Shown here in pieces: positions 1 through 9,486 of a stretch of DNA of 64,000 nucleotides (within the stretch, counting starts at the first letter, position 1; each line of letters begins with the position of its first letter). A program made the translations under genes and the position numbers. Source of the stretch: Armatimonadota bacterium (lineage in GTDB: Bacteria > Armatimonadota > UBA5829 > DTLH01); the NCBI GenBank assembly GCA_039679675.1, contig JBDKUN010000056.1, positions 64,001-128,000 on the forward strand, written 5' to 3'. The notes under the pieces were generated by a model. The model saw only the letters and a list, made by a program, of their open reading frames with translations. It made no database searches and was not told the DNA's origin.

Positions 1-1568
1 ACCGTATCTTTCTTGCAGTGTTCGTCGTCCAGGTCGGGATAATCAAGGTTGTAGTTCAACCCTCTGCTCTCTTTACGGTCGAGCGCGGAGAGGACGATCA
101 GTTCTGCTGCCTGCGCCAGGTTCCTGAGTTCCAGAAGCTCAGGAGTGAGCCTGCAGTGCTCATACATCTCCCCTGCTTCGTACAGGATGTACCGAACGTG
201 CGTCAGCGCCTTGTTCAACCTCTCGTCAGTGCGGACGATGCCGACGTACTTCCACATCACCGTCTGCAGCTTTACGGTCAGCTCTTGTATGACATCCTTC
301 GGAGCCTCGTCCTTATGCTGTTCCTCTGGGTAATCTGCTGCCGGTAGGCCGACGGCAGCTTCAGCGCTGCTCAAAAGTTTCCCTGCATCAGCCGCGGCGC
401 GGTGAGCGAAGACTACGGCCTCAAGAAGCGAGTTCGATGCCAGTCTGTTCGCGCCATGAACGCCTGTGCATGCCACTTCGCCGCAGGCATAGAGCCTGTC
501 CAGGCTGGTCCGGCCGTTTACATCCGTCAGGACGCCGCCGCAGGAGTAGTGCGCCGCTGGGACTATCGGAATCCAGTCTTTCGTTATGTCGATACCGACT
601 GACAGGCACTTTTCGTAGATGTTCGGGAACCTTTCTTTGACCTTTTTGGCGTCGAGGTGGGTGACATCGAGGTACACGCACTCGTCGCCGCTCTTTTTCA
701 GCTCCGCATCTATCGCCCTGGCAACTATGTCCCTCGGCGCAAGGCATCCCATCTCGTGATAGTTTTCCATGAACGTGCTTCCGTCCTGGAGCTTGAGGAC
801 TCCGCCTTCGCCGCGGACTGCTTCGCTTATCAAGAACGAGCGGGCGCCGGGATGGCAGAGCGTCGTCGGGTGAAACTGGATGAACTCCATATTCGCGACC
901 TTTGCGCCCGCGCGGTAGGCCATCGCAACCCCGTCGCCGGTCGCTATTTCAGGGTTCGTCGTGTGGAGATAGACCCTTCCGAGCCCGCCGGTGGCAAGCA
1001 TTACTACCTTCGCGGTTATGGTCGTCATATCGCCGGTGTCGGGGTCGAGGACATGCGCGCCGTAGCAGCGTGTGCCGTCCGATATGAGGTCGATGGCTAT
1101 GTGGTGCTCGAAAAGGCGGATATTCTCATCGCACTTTGTGCATGCTACCAGAGCACGCTCGATCTCCCTCCCGGTGAGGTCGGCGGAGTGAAGGATCCTT
1201 CGTCTGGAATGGCCGCCTTCCCGCCCAAGGGCAAGATGCAGCTTTCCTTTCGAGTCGCGTTCCTTGCTGAAACGGACTCCGAAGTCGATCAGCTCGCGGA
1301 TCCGTGAAGGTCCTTCCTTTACAAGGATATTCACGGCGTCTTCATGGCAGAGCCATGCGCCTGCGACAAGGGTGTCCCGGATGTGCAGGTCGAAGGAATC
1401 ATCCTCGGCCGTAACACCCGCGATTCCGCCCTGAGCATAGTTTGTATTGGAGTCAGTGTCGTTCTTCTTGGTAACTAGCGCCACCTTGCCATGCCGGCTT
1501 GCTTTGAGCGCAAAAGACAGCCCGGCTATTCCGCTGCCCAGCACCAGCACATCCACTTCCATTTTCAT
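1..1568 (-). CDS. nadB: L-aspartate oxidase (3' end runs off window)
   Basis: Manual translation from ATG at 1568: MKMEVDVLVLGSGIAGLSFALKASRHGKVALVTKK...SNTNYAQGGIA; C-terminal RKESRGLNY near the window edge. Missing from the ORF track because the stop is outside the window. Confidence 0.93.
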   Translation of the reverse strand, partial: MKMEVDVLVLGSGIAGLSFALKASRHGKVALVTKKNDTDSNTNYAQGGIAGVTAEDDSFDLHIRDTLVAGAWLCHEDAVNILVKEGPSRIRELIDFGVRFSKERDSKGKLHLALGREGGHSRRRILHSADLTGREIERALVACTKCDENIRLFEHHIAIDLISDGTRCYGAHVLDPDTGDMTTITAKVVMLATGGLGRVYLHTTNPEIATGDGVAMAYRAGAKVANMEFIQFHPTTLCHPGARSFLISEAVRGEGGVLKLQDGSTFMENYHEMGCLAPRDIVARAIDAELKKSGDECVYLDVTHLDAKKVKERFPNIYEKCLSVGIDITKDWIPIVPAAHYSCGGVLTDVNGRTSLDRLYACGEVACTGVHGANRLASNSLLEAVVFAHRAAADAGKLLSSAEAAVGLPAADYPEEQHKDEAPKDVIQELTVKLQTVMWKYVGIVRTDERLNKALTHVRYILYEAGEMYEHCRLTPELLELRNLAQAAELIVLSALDRKESRGLNYNLDYPDLDDEHCKKDT

Positions 1569-1593
1569 ATAATCAAACTCCGTTGTCCACTCA

Positions 1594-2541
1594 TCAAGCA
1601 GCCCCCATACCGGTCGGGCCGAGGTCCTGACGGACCTTTGAAAGTATATTCTTTGCGCCTCTATCGAGCAATAGCTTCGCCGTGCGTTCGCCAAGTTCAG
1701 CAGCATCAGCGATATTTCCGCTTTCCTCTGCGCGGATAATCTCACTGCCATCCAGGCTCGCAACCAGCGTGTTAAGCGTCAAATTCTCCTCATTCGGAAC
1801 AGCAAACGCTGCTATCGGAACCTGGCAGCCGCCTCCGAGCACCGAAAGAAGCGCGCGTTCGGCAGTAACAGCGGCCCGCGTCCCCGGATCGTCCAGTTTT
1901 TCCACTATCCCGGCTGTGCGGGAGTCATTTTCCCTGATCTCTACCGCGAGCGCGCCCTGTCCTGCGGCCGGAAGGCATATCTCGTGCGGAAGCCGCTCGG
2001 CAATATCGCCATCCCACTTTAACCGATATAGACCGGCATACGCAAGGATGATGGCGTCGTAATCGCCGGATTTGAGTCTTCTGACACGGGTGTCGAGGTT
2101 GCCTCTCAAATCTTCAATTGTCAGATCGGGCCGTGCATGCAGGATCTGAGCTTTTCTGCGGAGGCTGGACGAACCTATTTTTGCGCCTGGCGGCAGGTCG
2201 AAAAGCCGACCCTTGTTCGAGAGAAGAACATCGCTTGGGTCAACGCGCGGAGGCACTGCACCGATTGCAAGCCCGCCGGTTATATCCGACGGCAGGTCTT
2301 TCATGCTGTGGACTGCCGCGTCTATCCGCCCTTCGGCAAGCGCAGACTCTATTTCCTTGACAAATAACCCCTTGTCCCCGATCTTGGAAAGCGGGGTATC
2401 GAGGATTTTATCGCCCGTGGTACGGATAATTTCTATCCGGGTGCGGACTCCTGGATTATTACGTTTTATCTCGTCGGCTACCCAGTTTGCCTGCGTAATC
2501 GCCAGCATACTCCCGCGAGTGCCGATCACGACTTCCACCAT
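1594..2541 (-). CDS. hemC: Hydroxymethylbilane synthase (porphobilinogen deaminase)
   Basis: IGTRGSMLA, GDKGLFVKEIE, AVHSMKDLP, RGNLDTR and GGCQVPI motifs. Confidence 0.97.
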   Translation of the reverse strand: MVEVVIGTRGSMLAITQANWVADEIKRNNPGVRTRIEIIRTTGDKILDTPLSKIGDKGLFVKEIESALAEGRIDAAVHSMKDLPSDITGGLAIGAVPPRVDPSDVLLSNKGRLFDLPPGAKIGSSSLRRKAQILHARPDLTIEDLRGNLDTRVRRLKSGDYDAIILAYAGLYRLKWDGDIAERLPHEICLPAAGQGALAVEIRENDSRTAGIVEKLDDPGTRAAVTAERALLSVLGGGCQVPIAAFAVPNEENLTLNTLVASLDGSEIIRAEESGNIADAAELGERTAKLLLDRGAKNILSKVRQDLGPTGMGAA

Positions 2542-2662
2542 AATTGATATTATAGCACGTTACGGAGCATACGGCACTTTTATGCGTCTTCCGCTGGAGG
2601 AATTGGGGCGTTTTCAGCAGAAGTGGTTTCCGGCAGTACAAGTAAAGTAGAAAGGCATCATT

Positions 2663-3586
2663 ATGAAAGAACCTTTTGAGATAGCACAAAACGTAAAATC
2701 AGCACTTAACCGGAACGCGCCGGTGATCGCGCTCGAATCGACGGTCATAGCGCACGGTCTGCCGGGCAATGCAGGAGTCAAGGCAGCACTTTCGATGGTC
2801 CGTGAGGCGGACAAAGAAGGCTGTGTAGCCGCTGTGATAGGCATAGTGGAAGGTAAGGTCAAAATAGGGCTTACCGAAGAGGAAATCGTCCGATTTGCGC
2901 ATTCCGGCGATGCCCTGAAGGTCTCGACAAGGGAGATCGCCCCGACGATTGTCTCTAAATGTGACGGAGCAACCACGGTTGCAGCTACGGCCTATATCGC
3001 CGCAAACGCCGGGATTTCCGTTATGGCTACAGGAGGGATCGGCGGGGTCCATCGCGGAGCGTCCGAGAGCTGGGACATTTCCGCCGACCTGTGGGAACTC
3101 GTCAAAACACCCTCTATAGTCGTCTGCTCCGGCCCGAAAGCCGTGCTCGACCTCGGTTTGACACTCGAATGGCTGGAGACACACCAGGTCCCGGTCTACG
3201 GTTATGGAACCGATGAACTGCCTGCGTTCTACAGCCCCCATTCAGGGCTGAAAGTGCCGAAACTGGACTCTCCTAAAGAAGTTTTGGAGCTTTATACGGC
3301 CAGGCTTGGAGTCGGGCAGAAGAGCGGAATGGTAATCGCTGCGCCTATCCCGGAGAAAGACGCCATAGATGTTCAGGAATCGATAGATCAGGCGATAAAA
3401 TCGGCGAAAGAGGAAGGCATTTTCGGCCCGGCGCTGACCCCGTGGCTCCTCAAGAAGATTCAGGAGAGCTATGGAGAAAAAGCGGTCGATGCAAATGTTG
3501 CGCTCCTCATCAACAACGCCCGGATAGCCGCAAAGATCGCAGTCGAGCTTTGCAGCAATAGGGACAAGCACATAGGGTTCCATTAG
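2663..3586 (+). CDS. psuG: Pseudouridine-5'-phosphate glycosidase
   Basis: ALESTVIAHGLP, GATTVAAT, ATGGIGGVHRG and DISADL motifs. Confidence 0.93.
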   Translation: MKEPFEIAQNVKSALNRNAPVIALESTVIAHGLPGNAGVKAALSMVREADKEGCVAAVIGIVEGKVKIGLTEEEIVRFAHSGDALKVSTREIAPTIVSKCDGATTVAATAYIAANAGISVMATGGIGGVHRGASESWDISADLWELVKTPSIVVCSGPKAVLDLGLTLEWLETHQVPVYGYGTDELPAFYSPHSGLKVPKLDSPKEVLELYTARLGVGQKSGMVIAAPIPEKDAIDVQESIDQAIKSAKEEGIFGPALTPWLLKKIQESYGEKAVDANVALLINNARIAAKIAVELCSNRDKHIGFH

Positions 3587-4279
3587 GGAGCGTTTTACGA
3601 GGATCGTGAGTAATAACAGGTTGGCGGGGGATCAATATCGGTGTTGGGGTGTAGAACCATCACTCACTTATTGTGCATCTGGTGATCGGATTCCCGTAGC
3701 GCAGCAATTCTCTTACAATTCAATCAGCTCCTGCATTCTGCTGATAATGCTGCTCCACGGACCTTGCTGTATCTCGGCGTCAAAACCTTCAGCAATGCAC
3801 TCAAATGTGGAATCGTGAAAGGCGAAGACAAAATGCCTCTTCTCGTCCATAAAACGTGCTGGATCATGGTTAGGATGGATGGCATTCATTCTCTCAAGGC
3901 AACGTAGCCAAGAGGAATTTCTAACTTCATACACGCCATATGGCTTGAGGCCACGACTATACAGAGGATGGCCATTGAAAGTCTCGTCATTTGGTGGTCC
4001 AAACATGTGCGCGTAGCAGTGACGAAACACGACAATAGCAATAGGTTCATATTGGCTGTCTTGTCCGATAGATTTGCCAGCGTATAGATAATAGGCAATT
4101 GCTACACCATAGTCGGTGGCAAGCACGATTGGCATCGGCGCACCCAAAGTTGCCTTTGGTATCTGGTCCAGCTCAACTACACGATCAAGATCATCGACTT
4201 GGTACATCTGCTGCCTCCCAAGAATTGCCTGAATAATAGCATATAGTCACTTGATGGACAAGCACATAGGGTTCCATTA
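3562..4279. mobile_element. ~0.7 kb islet bounded by a 24-bp direct repeat of the psuG 3' end (att-like)
   Basis: GGACAAGCACATAGGGTTCCATTA at 3562-3585 and again at 4256-4279; the enclosed DNA carries one reverse-strand gene. Confidence 0.7.
3713..4207 (-). CDS. Hypothetical protein (islet cargo)
   Basis: 164-aa ORF with a GGGAGG RBS; protein-like motifs FGPPNDE, GHPLY, FHDSTFEC. Confidence 0.8.
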   Translation of the reverse strand: MYQVDDLDRVVELDQIPKATLGAPMPIVLATDYGVAIAYYLYAGKSIGQDSQYEPIAIVVFRHCYAHMFGPPNDETFNGHPLYSRGLKPYGVYEVRNSSWLRCLERMNAIHPNHDPARFMDEKRHFVFAFHDSTFECIAEGFDAEIQQGPWSSIISRMQELIEL

Positions 4280-4300
4280 AGGGAAGCGGCAAGATAATGT

Positions 4301-4330
4301 GTGACATCTGCAGTACACCATGGTATACTG
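4301..4330 (+). promoter_or_regulatory. Sigma70-type promoter with overlapping palindromic operator (TA autoregulation)
   Basis: GTGACA-17nt-TATACT; near-perfect palindrome CAGTACACCATGGTATACTG (4311-4330) covers the -10. Confidence 0.65.
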
Positions 4331-4349
4331 TGGATGGAGGAAATTAGCC

Positions 4350-4652
4350 ATGCCAGTAGTACGCACAAAATCCGAGAGCTTGAGCTGCAGAGTTTCCCCT
4401 GAGCACAAGCAGATGATCGAACAAGCTGCAAGGGCAGCGGGGTTTACTCTGTCTGATTTCATTATCCATGCATTGGTATCTGCTGCATCCGAGGTGGTGC
4501 ATGAAGAACAGGTAATCCGGCTGACCAAGAATGAGTGGGATAGGTTTACCGCGTCCCTGGAGCGGCCAGTGCGTGAACCGAGCGAAGCCGCCAGGAAAGC
4601 AGCCGATATATTCAGGCAGGGCCGTGATGAAGGCGACAGGCAGGTATGGTAG
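4350..4652 (+). CDS. DUF1778/RHH antitoxin (TacA/AtaR-like)
   Basis: RVSPEHKQMIEQAA..G.TLSDFI pattern; GGAGG RBS before ATG 4350; overlaps the GNAT gene. Confidence 0.88.
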   Translation: MPVVRTKSESLSCRVSPEHKQMIEQAARAAGFTLSDFIIHALVSAASEVVHEEQVIRLTKNEWDRFTASLERPVREPSEAARKAADIFRQGRDEGDRQVW

Positions 4653-5185
4653 CGTCTCCGACTCCACTTGTCATCGAGCGTTTGGACAAGACGGTCCACG
4701 ACAGACGTGATTTCGATTGCGGAGAGCCCAGCCTGAATGACTACCTCAAATTTACTGCGCGGCAGCATATGGACAAAGGCTACGCGCAGGTTTGGGTAGC
4801 TGTCTCCGAGCCTGGATCTCTGCAGATAATTGGTTATTATACACTCTCCATGAGCGCGCTTCAGCCTGAAGAAGTGCCGGGTAAGGTGTCGATAAAGAAA
4901 ATTTCTGTGGTCTTGCTTGGGCGGCTTGCCGTCGATAACCGGTACAAGGGACAGAAGGTCGGCCTGCGGCTTCTCTTCCACGCACAGAGGAGTGCTCTTC
5001 TGCTGTCGAGAAAAGTAGGAGTCCATGCGCTTGTCGTTGACGCTCTTGATGAGCAGGCTGCAGCTTTCTATCAGAAATACGATTTCGAGGAACTTATTAC
5101 CGGTCCACTGCATCTTTACAAAACGATCAAGGACATCGCAGCACTGAATCTTGTCGACGGCATATCGTTCGGCAGGACCGTGTAG
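4646..5185 (+). CDS. GNAT-family acetyltransferase toxin (TacT/AtaT-like)
   Basis: HDRRDFDCGEPSLNDYL, IGYYTLS, LLGRLAVD...GQKVG, VDALDEQAAAFY motifs. Confidence 0.9.
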   Translation: MVASPTPLVIERLDKTVHDRRDFDCGEPSLNDYLKFTARQHMDKGYAQVWVAVSEPGSLQIIGYYTLSMSALQPEEVPGKVSIKKISVVLLGRLAVDNRYKGQKVGLRLLFHAQRSALLLSRKVGVHALVVDALDEQAAAFYQKYDFEELITGPLHLYKTIKDIAALNLVDGISFGRTV

Positions 5186-5205
5186 AAGAAAGAGATTTAC
5201 CGCCG

Positions 5206-6573
5206 ATGTTTCGAAGAAAATACTTTTGGATTATGATCGCCGGGTTGATGCTGCCTGCGGTGGTTGTCCATTCTCAGGCAGTCAGCGCCCACCAGGCAAC
5301 GGCCGAGGAGTTGATCCTTCCGGTGCTCTTCGGGGTTGCAGTCATCCTCGTAGCGGCAAAACTCGGAGCAGATCTGTTCGTTCGGATCGGCCAGCCTCCA
5401 GTACTCGGCGAGCTGATAATCGGCGTCATAATCGGGAACCTGGGGCTTGTCGGACTGAACGCATTGGGATTCATCAAAGGCAATGAGATCATAAATAGCC
5501 TTTCGGAACTTGGCATTATCCTGCTTCTCTTTTCGGTCGGGTTGGAGTCGAACGTCGAAGAGATGTTCTCAGTCGGACTTTCATCTCTTCTGGTAGCCAC
5601 TATCGGAGTTGCTGTCCCTTTCTTTCTCGGCTGGGGTGTTGCTGCGGCCTTCTTCCCGAACGAATCGGTCTACGCTCACGTTTTTATCGGAGCGACTTTG
5701 TGCGCAACAAGCGTGGGCATTACCGCAAGGGTCCTGAAAGACCTGGGCAAAGTCCATTTGAAAGAGTCCAAGATCATCCTGGGAGCCGCTGTCATAGATG
5801 ACATCCAGGGGCTGGTAATCCTGGCCGTTGTGCAGGGGATCATCCTCGCAGCCGGCAAAGGCGGCGGAGTATCGGCTGGCGGCGTAGGCTGGATTATCGG
5901 CAAAGCCGTATTATTCCTGGTGGGAAGCATCGTGCTGGGGAGGTATTTGTCTCCCAGAGTCTTCAAGATTGCATCAATGCTCCGCGCCAGAGGTATACTG
6001 CTTGCGCTGGCTCTTTCGTTCTGCTTCATTATGGCGTGGATTGCCGGACAGATCCATCTTGCTCCTATAGTCGGCGCATTTACAGCAGGTCTTTTACTCG
6101 AAGAGGTCCATTATGAGGACTTTATCAGCAGAGGCGAGCATACACTGACCGAACTGATCGAGCCGATTGCAGATTTTCTGGTACCGATATTCTTCGTGCT
6201 GATGGGTATCAAGGTTCAATTGGCTGGTATCGCACGGGTGGGAGTTTTGGGTTTCGCTGCTGTGCTCACAGCAGCTGCAATCATCGGCAAGCTGGCTTGT
6301 TCCGCGGGGATAGTGGAAAAAGGGCTGGACCGCTTGTCTGTCAGCCTGGGGATGATACCGCGTGGAGAAGTCGGGCTTATATTCGCCGCGATAGGCTCGC
6401 GGCTGGTGATCGGTGATCATCCGGTTATCCCACCTGATATTTTTTCCGCTATCATTATAATGGTGATAATCACGACTTTCATTACGCCTCCAATGCTCAG
6501 GTGGTCGCTTACCAGAAGCACAGGCAGGGAAAGCTGCGAAATAGCGCCAAGACTCCCCGGTGCATCCAAATAA
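5206..6573 (+). CDS. Cation:proton antiporter (CPA2 family)
   Basis: QPPVLGEL, ATSVGIT, AAVIDD, GMIPRGEV motifs; multiple TM segments. Confidence 0.92.
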   Translation: MFRRKYFWIMIAGLMLPAVVVHSQAVSAHQATAEELILPVLFGVAVILVAAKLGADLFVRIGQPPVLGELIIGVIIGNLGLVGLNALGFIKGNEIINSLSELGIILLLFSVGLESNVEEMFSVGLSSLLVATIGVAVPFFLGWGVAAAFFPNESVYAHVFIGATLCATSVGITARVLKDLGKVHLKESKIILGAAVIDDIQGLVILAVVQGIILAAGKGGGVSAGGVGWIIGKAVLFLVGSIVLGRYLSPRVFKIASMLRARGILLALALSFCFIMAWIAGQIHLAPIVGAFTAGLLLEEVHYEDFISRGEHTLTELIEPIADFLVPIFFVLMGIKVQLAGIARVGVLGFAAVLTAAAIIGKLACSAGIVEKGLDRLSVSLGMIPRGEVGLIFAAIGSRLVIGDHPVIPPDIFSAIIIMVIITTFITPPMLRWSLTRSTGRESCEIAPRLPGASK

Positions 6574-6597
6574 CGCCCTCGAAAGGTAATCGATTCC

Positions 6598-8208
6598 ATG
6601 AAAATGGTTAAGACTATACATATTCATCTTCCGAATGAGACCAGCCGGATAACGGACAACGTAGCCGCAATACTCGCTCGCAGGATAGAAGAACGTTCTG
6701 GTGTATGGGTAGTAAATGACAGTACAGGCGATTTTCAGGTTTATCTTGAGGTCGAACAGGGCGTTGGGCCGGAAGGCTACACCATATCGGATGTTCCTGA
6801 TGGTGGAATCAGGATAACCGGCAATGATGAGCGCGGGCTGCTTTATGGAGTCGGCAAATTCCTCAGGACTTCGCAATACTGCGAGGGCGGTTTCGGCCCG
6901 GGCAAGTGGCGGGGAAGCTCCAAACCTGATTGCCCCGTCCGCGGGATATACTTCGCTGTACACTTCAACAATTTTTACGAGGCGGCATCTGATGCCGAGG
7001 TCGAGCGTTATTTGGAAGACCTTGCGCTGTGGGGGCTGAACGCCGTAGCCTGTCATTTCCCGCCGCAGCAGTTCGACGGCCTGGATGATCCGGGCGCAAA
7101 GCACAACATAGAACGGATACGCTCGATTTTTCTTGCCGCAAAGCGCATCGGGCTGCAGGTAGGGCTTCTGGAGACCATCAATATCGGCTTCAAGTCCGCT
7201 CCGAAGCAGATTTATTACACTCCGTTTCCCGATGACCTGGGCAGGAGGGGAAACCTGGGGACTTTGCTGTGCCCCGGCAACCCGGAGGGGCGCGATTACC
7301 TGCTTCGGCAGTGGGGCGGACTAATGGATGAGTTCCGAGACATCGAGCTGGATTTTTTCGAGTCATGGCCTTATGACGAAGGTGGCTGCGGCTGTGAGAA
7401 GTGCTGGCCCTGGGGCGAAAAGGGGTTTCTGAGTATCTCAAAGGAAGTTGCAGATCTCTTCCGCAGTAAATATCCATCCGGCAGGGTTATCCTTTCCACA
7501 TGGATGTATGATACTCCTGACGCAGGGGAATGGGACGGGCTGAGTAAGTACATGGCGGAAGATGGGGGCTGGATCGATTACATCATGGCGGATGCCCATG
7601 AAGACTTTCCCCGCTATCCATTGGACAACGCCGTACCCGGCGACCGTCCGTTGCTCAATTTCCCCGAAATCAGTATGTGGGGCATACTGCCGTGGGGCGG
7701 TTATGGCGCCAATCCTCTCCCGGACAGGTTTCAGCGGCTTTGGAACCAGGCAGCGCATAAACTTTCGGGCGGGTTTCCATATTCGGAAGGTATTTCCGAG
7801 GATATAAACAAAGTGCTGTGCTTCCAGTTTTATTGGGAAAAGAAAAGGCCCGCAGAGGACATCCTGAAGGAATATATCTTGTTCGAAGCCTCGCCGAATG
7901 CTGCGGATGCTGTGCTGGAAGCTGTTCGGATACTGGAAGCGAACCATCACCGCGACAAAATAGGCGAGAGCGCTGTCCAAGCCTGCGAACTTATGGAAAA
8001 TGTCGACAAAATGTTGACTGTGCAGGCGCGGCGGGCATGGCGCTGGCGAATCCTCTTCTTGCGGGCTCAGATTGACCGCGAGCTTTACAGGAACGGTGGG
8101 GAACATCGGGGCCCTGTTCTTGCGAAGGCATTCAACGAGCTGGCTGAAATATACCACGCGCAGAATGCATTCGATGTCGTGCGGCCACCGAAAGCCGAGC
8201 TGGTATAA
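6598..8208 (+). CDS. Putative glycoside hydrolase-like protein (GH20/GH67-type N-terminal domain plus uncharacterised catalytic domain)
   Basis: GPEGYTI...ITGNDERGLLYGVGKFLR N-terminal signature; WPYDEGGCGCEKC. Confidence 0.6.
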   Translation: MKMVKTIHIHLPNETSRITDNVAAILARRIEERSGVWVVNDSTGDFQVYLEVEQGVGPEGYTISDVPDGGIRITGNDERGLLYGVGKFLRTSQYCEGGFGPGKWRGSSKPDCPVRGIYFAVHFNNFYEAASDAEVERYLEDLALWGLNAVACHFPPQQFDGLDDPGAKHNIERIRSIFLAAKRIGLQVGLLETINIGFKSAPKQIYYTPFPDDLGRRGNLGTLLCPGNPEGRDYLLRQWGGLMDEFRDIELDFFESWPYDEGGCGCEKCWPWGEKGFLSISKEVADLFRSKYPSGRVILSTWMYDTPDAGEWDGLSKYMAEDGGWIDYIMADAHEDFPRYPLDNAVPGDRPLLNFPEISMWGILPWGGYGANPLPDRFQRLWNQAAHKLSGGFPYSEGISEDINKVLCFQFYWEKKRPAEDILKEYILFEASPNAADAVLEAVRILEANHHRDKIGESAVQACELMENVDKMLTVQARRAWRWRILFLRAQIDRELYRNGGEHRGPVLAKAFNELAEIYHAQNAFDVVRPPKAELV

Positions 8209-8460
8209 TCACCTGAAACCCGGTATTTTTTTCGTTTGAATGCCACATTAAGCACTTATTGATAAATTCCACAGGCTAAGCTCATCAGCACCAATTGAAT
8301 GGCATACTTTTTGCAATAATGGGTAATTGGAGAAAGTATTTCAAGAATAGCGCATTCCGAACAAAAGTTGCCACCGGCGCGGCGCCGTGGCACAAATAGA
8401 GCAAGCCTGATGATGGAACGGGCAGTTCTTGCAAAGAGTGTAGTTGGAGGCTCCTGCAGG

Positions 8461-9459
8461 ATGTTAAGTAAAGGTAGTATTTTAGTAGTTGACGATGAGA
8501 TAAACCTCTGTCGCATACTTGGCGCCAAGTTGGCAAAGAACGGCTATAGTGTTGTAGCGGTTCATGACGGCCAGCAGGCTATCGATAAGGTGCGGGAGTC
8601 AAGTTTTGACGTCGTCCTGCTGGACTTGATACTGCCTAAAGTAGACGGACTGTCTGCCCTTGCGGAGATCAGAAACCTCGATAGAGACCTCCCCGTAATT
8701 GTCATGACAGCATGTGAGAGTTCCGAGTCGCTCGATAAAGCCCGCAGTCATGGTGTTTCGGCTTATGTCAATAAACCGTTTGACCTCGATAGCCTGATCG
8801 ATCTGGTACAGACTACTTCAGCCGGTTACACCAGGCGAGAAGAAAGGCAATCGCAGAATAATAGCATTCTCTTCGGAAAGAGCCAGCCGATCTCGCTTGA
8901 GATATTGAACGGCAGGACAAGCGGAGTCTTTCCCACCAGGATAGAAAGCAGGGACGACCGAACGCTCTCGATCATGGCTCCGGTCTCCGGCGACAAGGTA
9001 ATCGAAGTCGCCCCACGTACGCCGGTCCGCATCGGCCTGGCTGCCAATGACGCCTATTACAGTTTCAATAGCTATGTCCTTGCCTTTAGGTCGGTTGATA
9101 TGCCTATTCTCCTCATCGATAAACCGGGTGTTATCTTCAGAACCCAGAGGCGGCAGTCGGCACGTATTCCCGTTAGTATGAACCTCCGCTACGGGAAAAT
9201 CGACAGCGAGGATGCACGTCCAGAGGTATTCGCGGAAGGAAAGTCCTGCGATCTCAGCTCAGGCGGGATCAAGATAACCGCCGCGAACCGGCTGGAACCA
9301 GGCGATTTGGTATATATAGAAGCCGACCGGTCCGGCTCGGTAGGCCCGATCATCGCAGTTGCTGAGGTACTTCGCTCAGGACCGGGCGAATCGGGCTCAG
9401 AATCCGTAGTTTCGATGCGGTTTAAGAAATTGGACGGGAACCTGGGCGACTCTCTCTAA
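8461..9459 (+). CDS. Response regulator receiver domain fused to YcgR-like PilZN-PilZ domains
   Basis: ILVVDDE, LLDLILP, KPFD receiver motifs; QRRQSAR and DLSSGG PilZ motifs. Confidence 0.85.
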   Translation: MLSKGSILVVDDEINLCRILGAKLAKNGYSVVAVHDGQQAIDKVRESSFDVVLLDLILPKVDGLSALAEIRNLDRDLPVIVMTACESSESLDKARSHGVSAYVNKPFDLDSLIDLVQTTSAGYTRREERQSQNNSILFGKSQPISLEILNGRTSGVFPTRIESRDDRTLSIMAPVSGDKVIEVAPRTPVRIGLAANDAYYSFNSYVLAFRSVDMPILLIDKPGVIFRTQRRQSARIPVSMNLRYGKIDSEDARPEVFAEGKSCDLSSGGIKITAANRLEPGDLVYIEADRSGSVGPIIAVAEVLRSGPGESGSESVVSMRFKKLDGNLGDSL

Positions 9460-9486
9460 TCTCCCTAGATTGAAAGCAGCAACTGT

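Noticed and set aside
18..1307. Plus-strand ORFs of 109-216 aa, and similar long antisense ORFs elsewhere
   Set aside because: Shadow ORFs opposite recognisable genes (here nadB) in GC-rich sequence.
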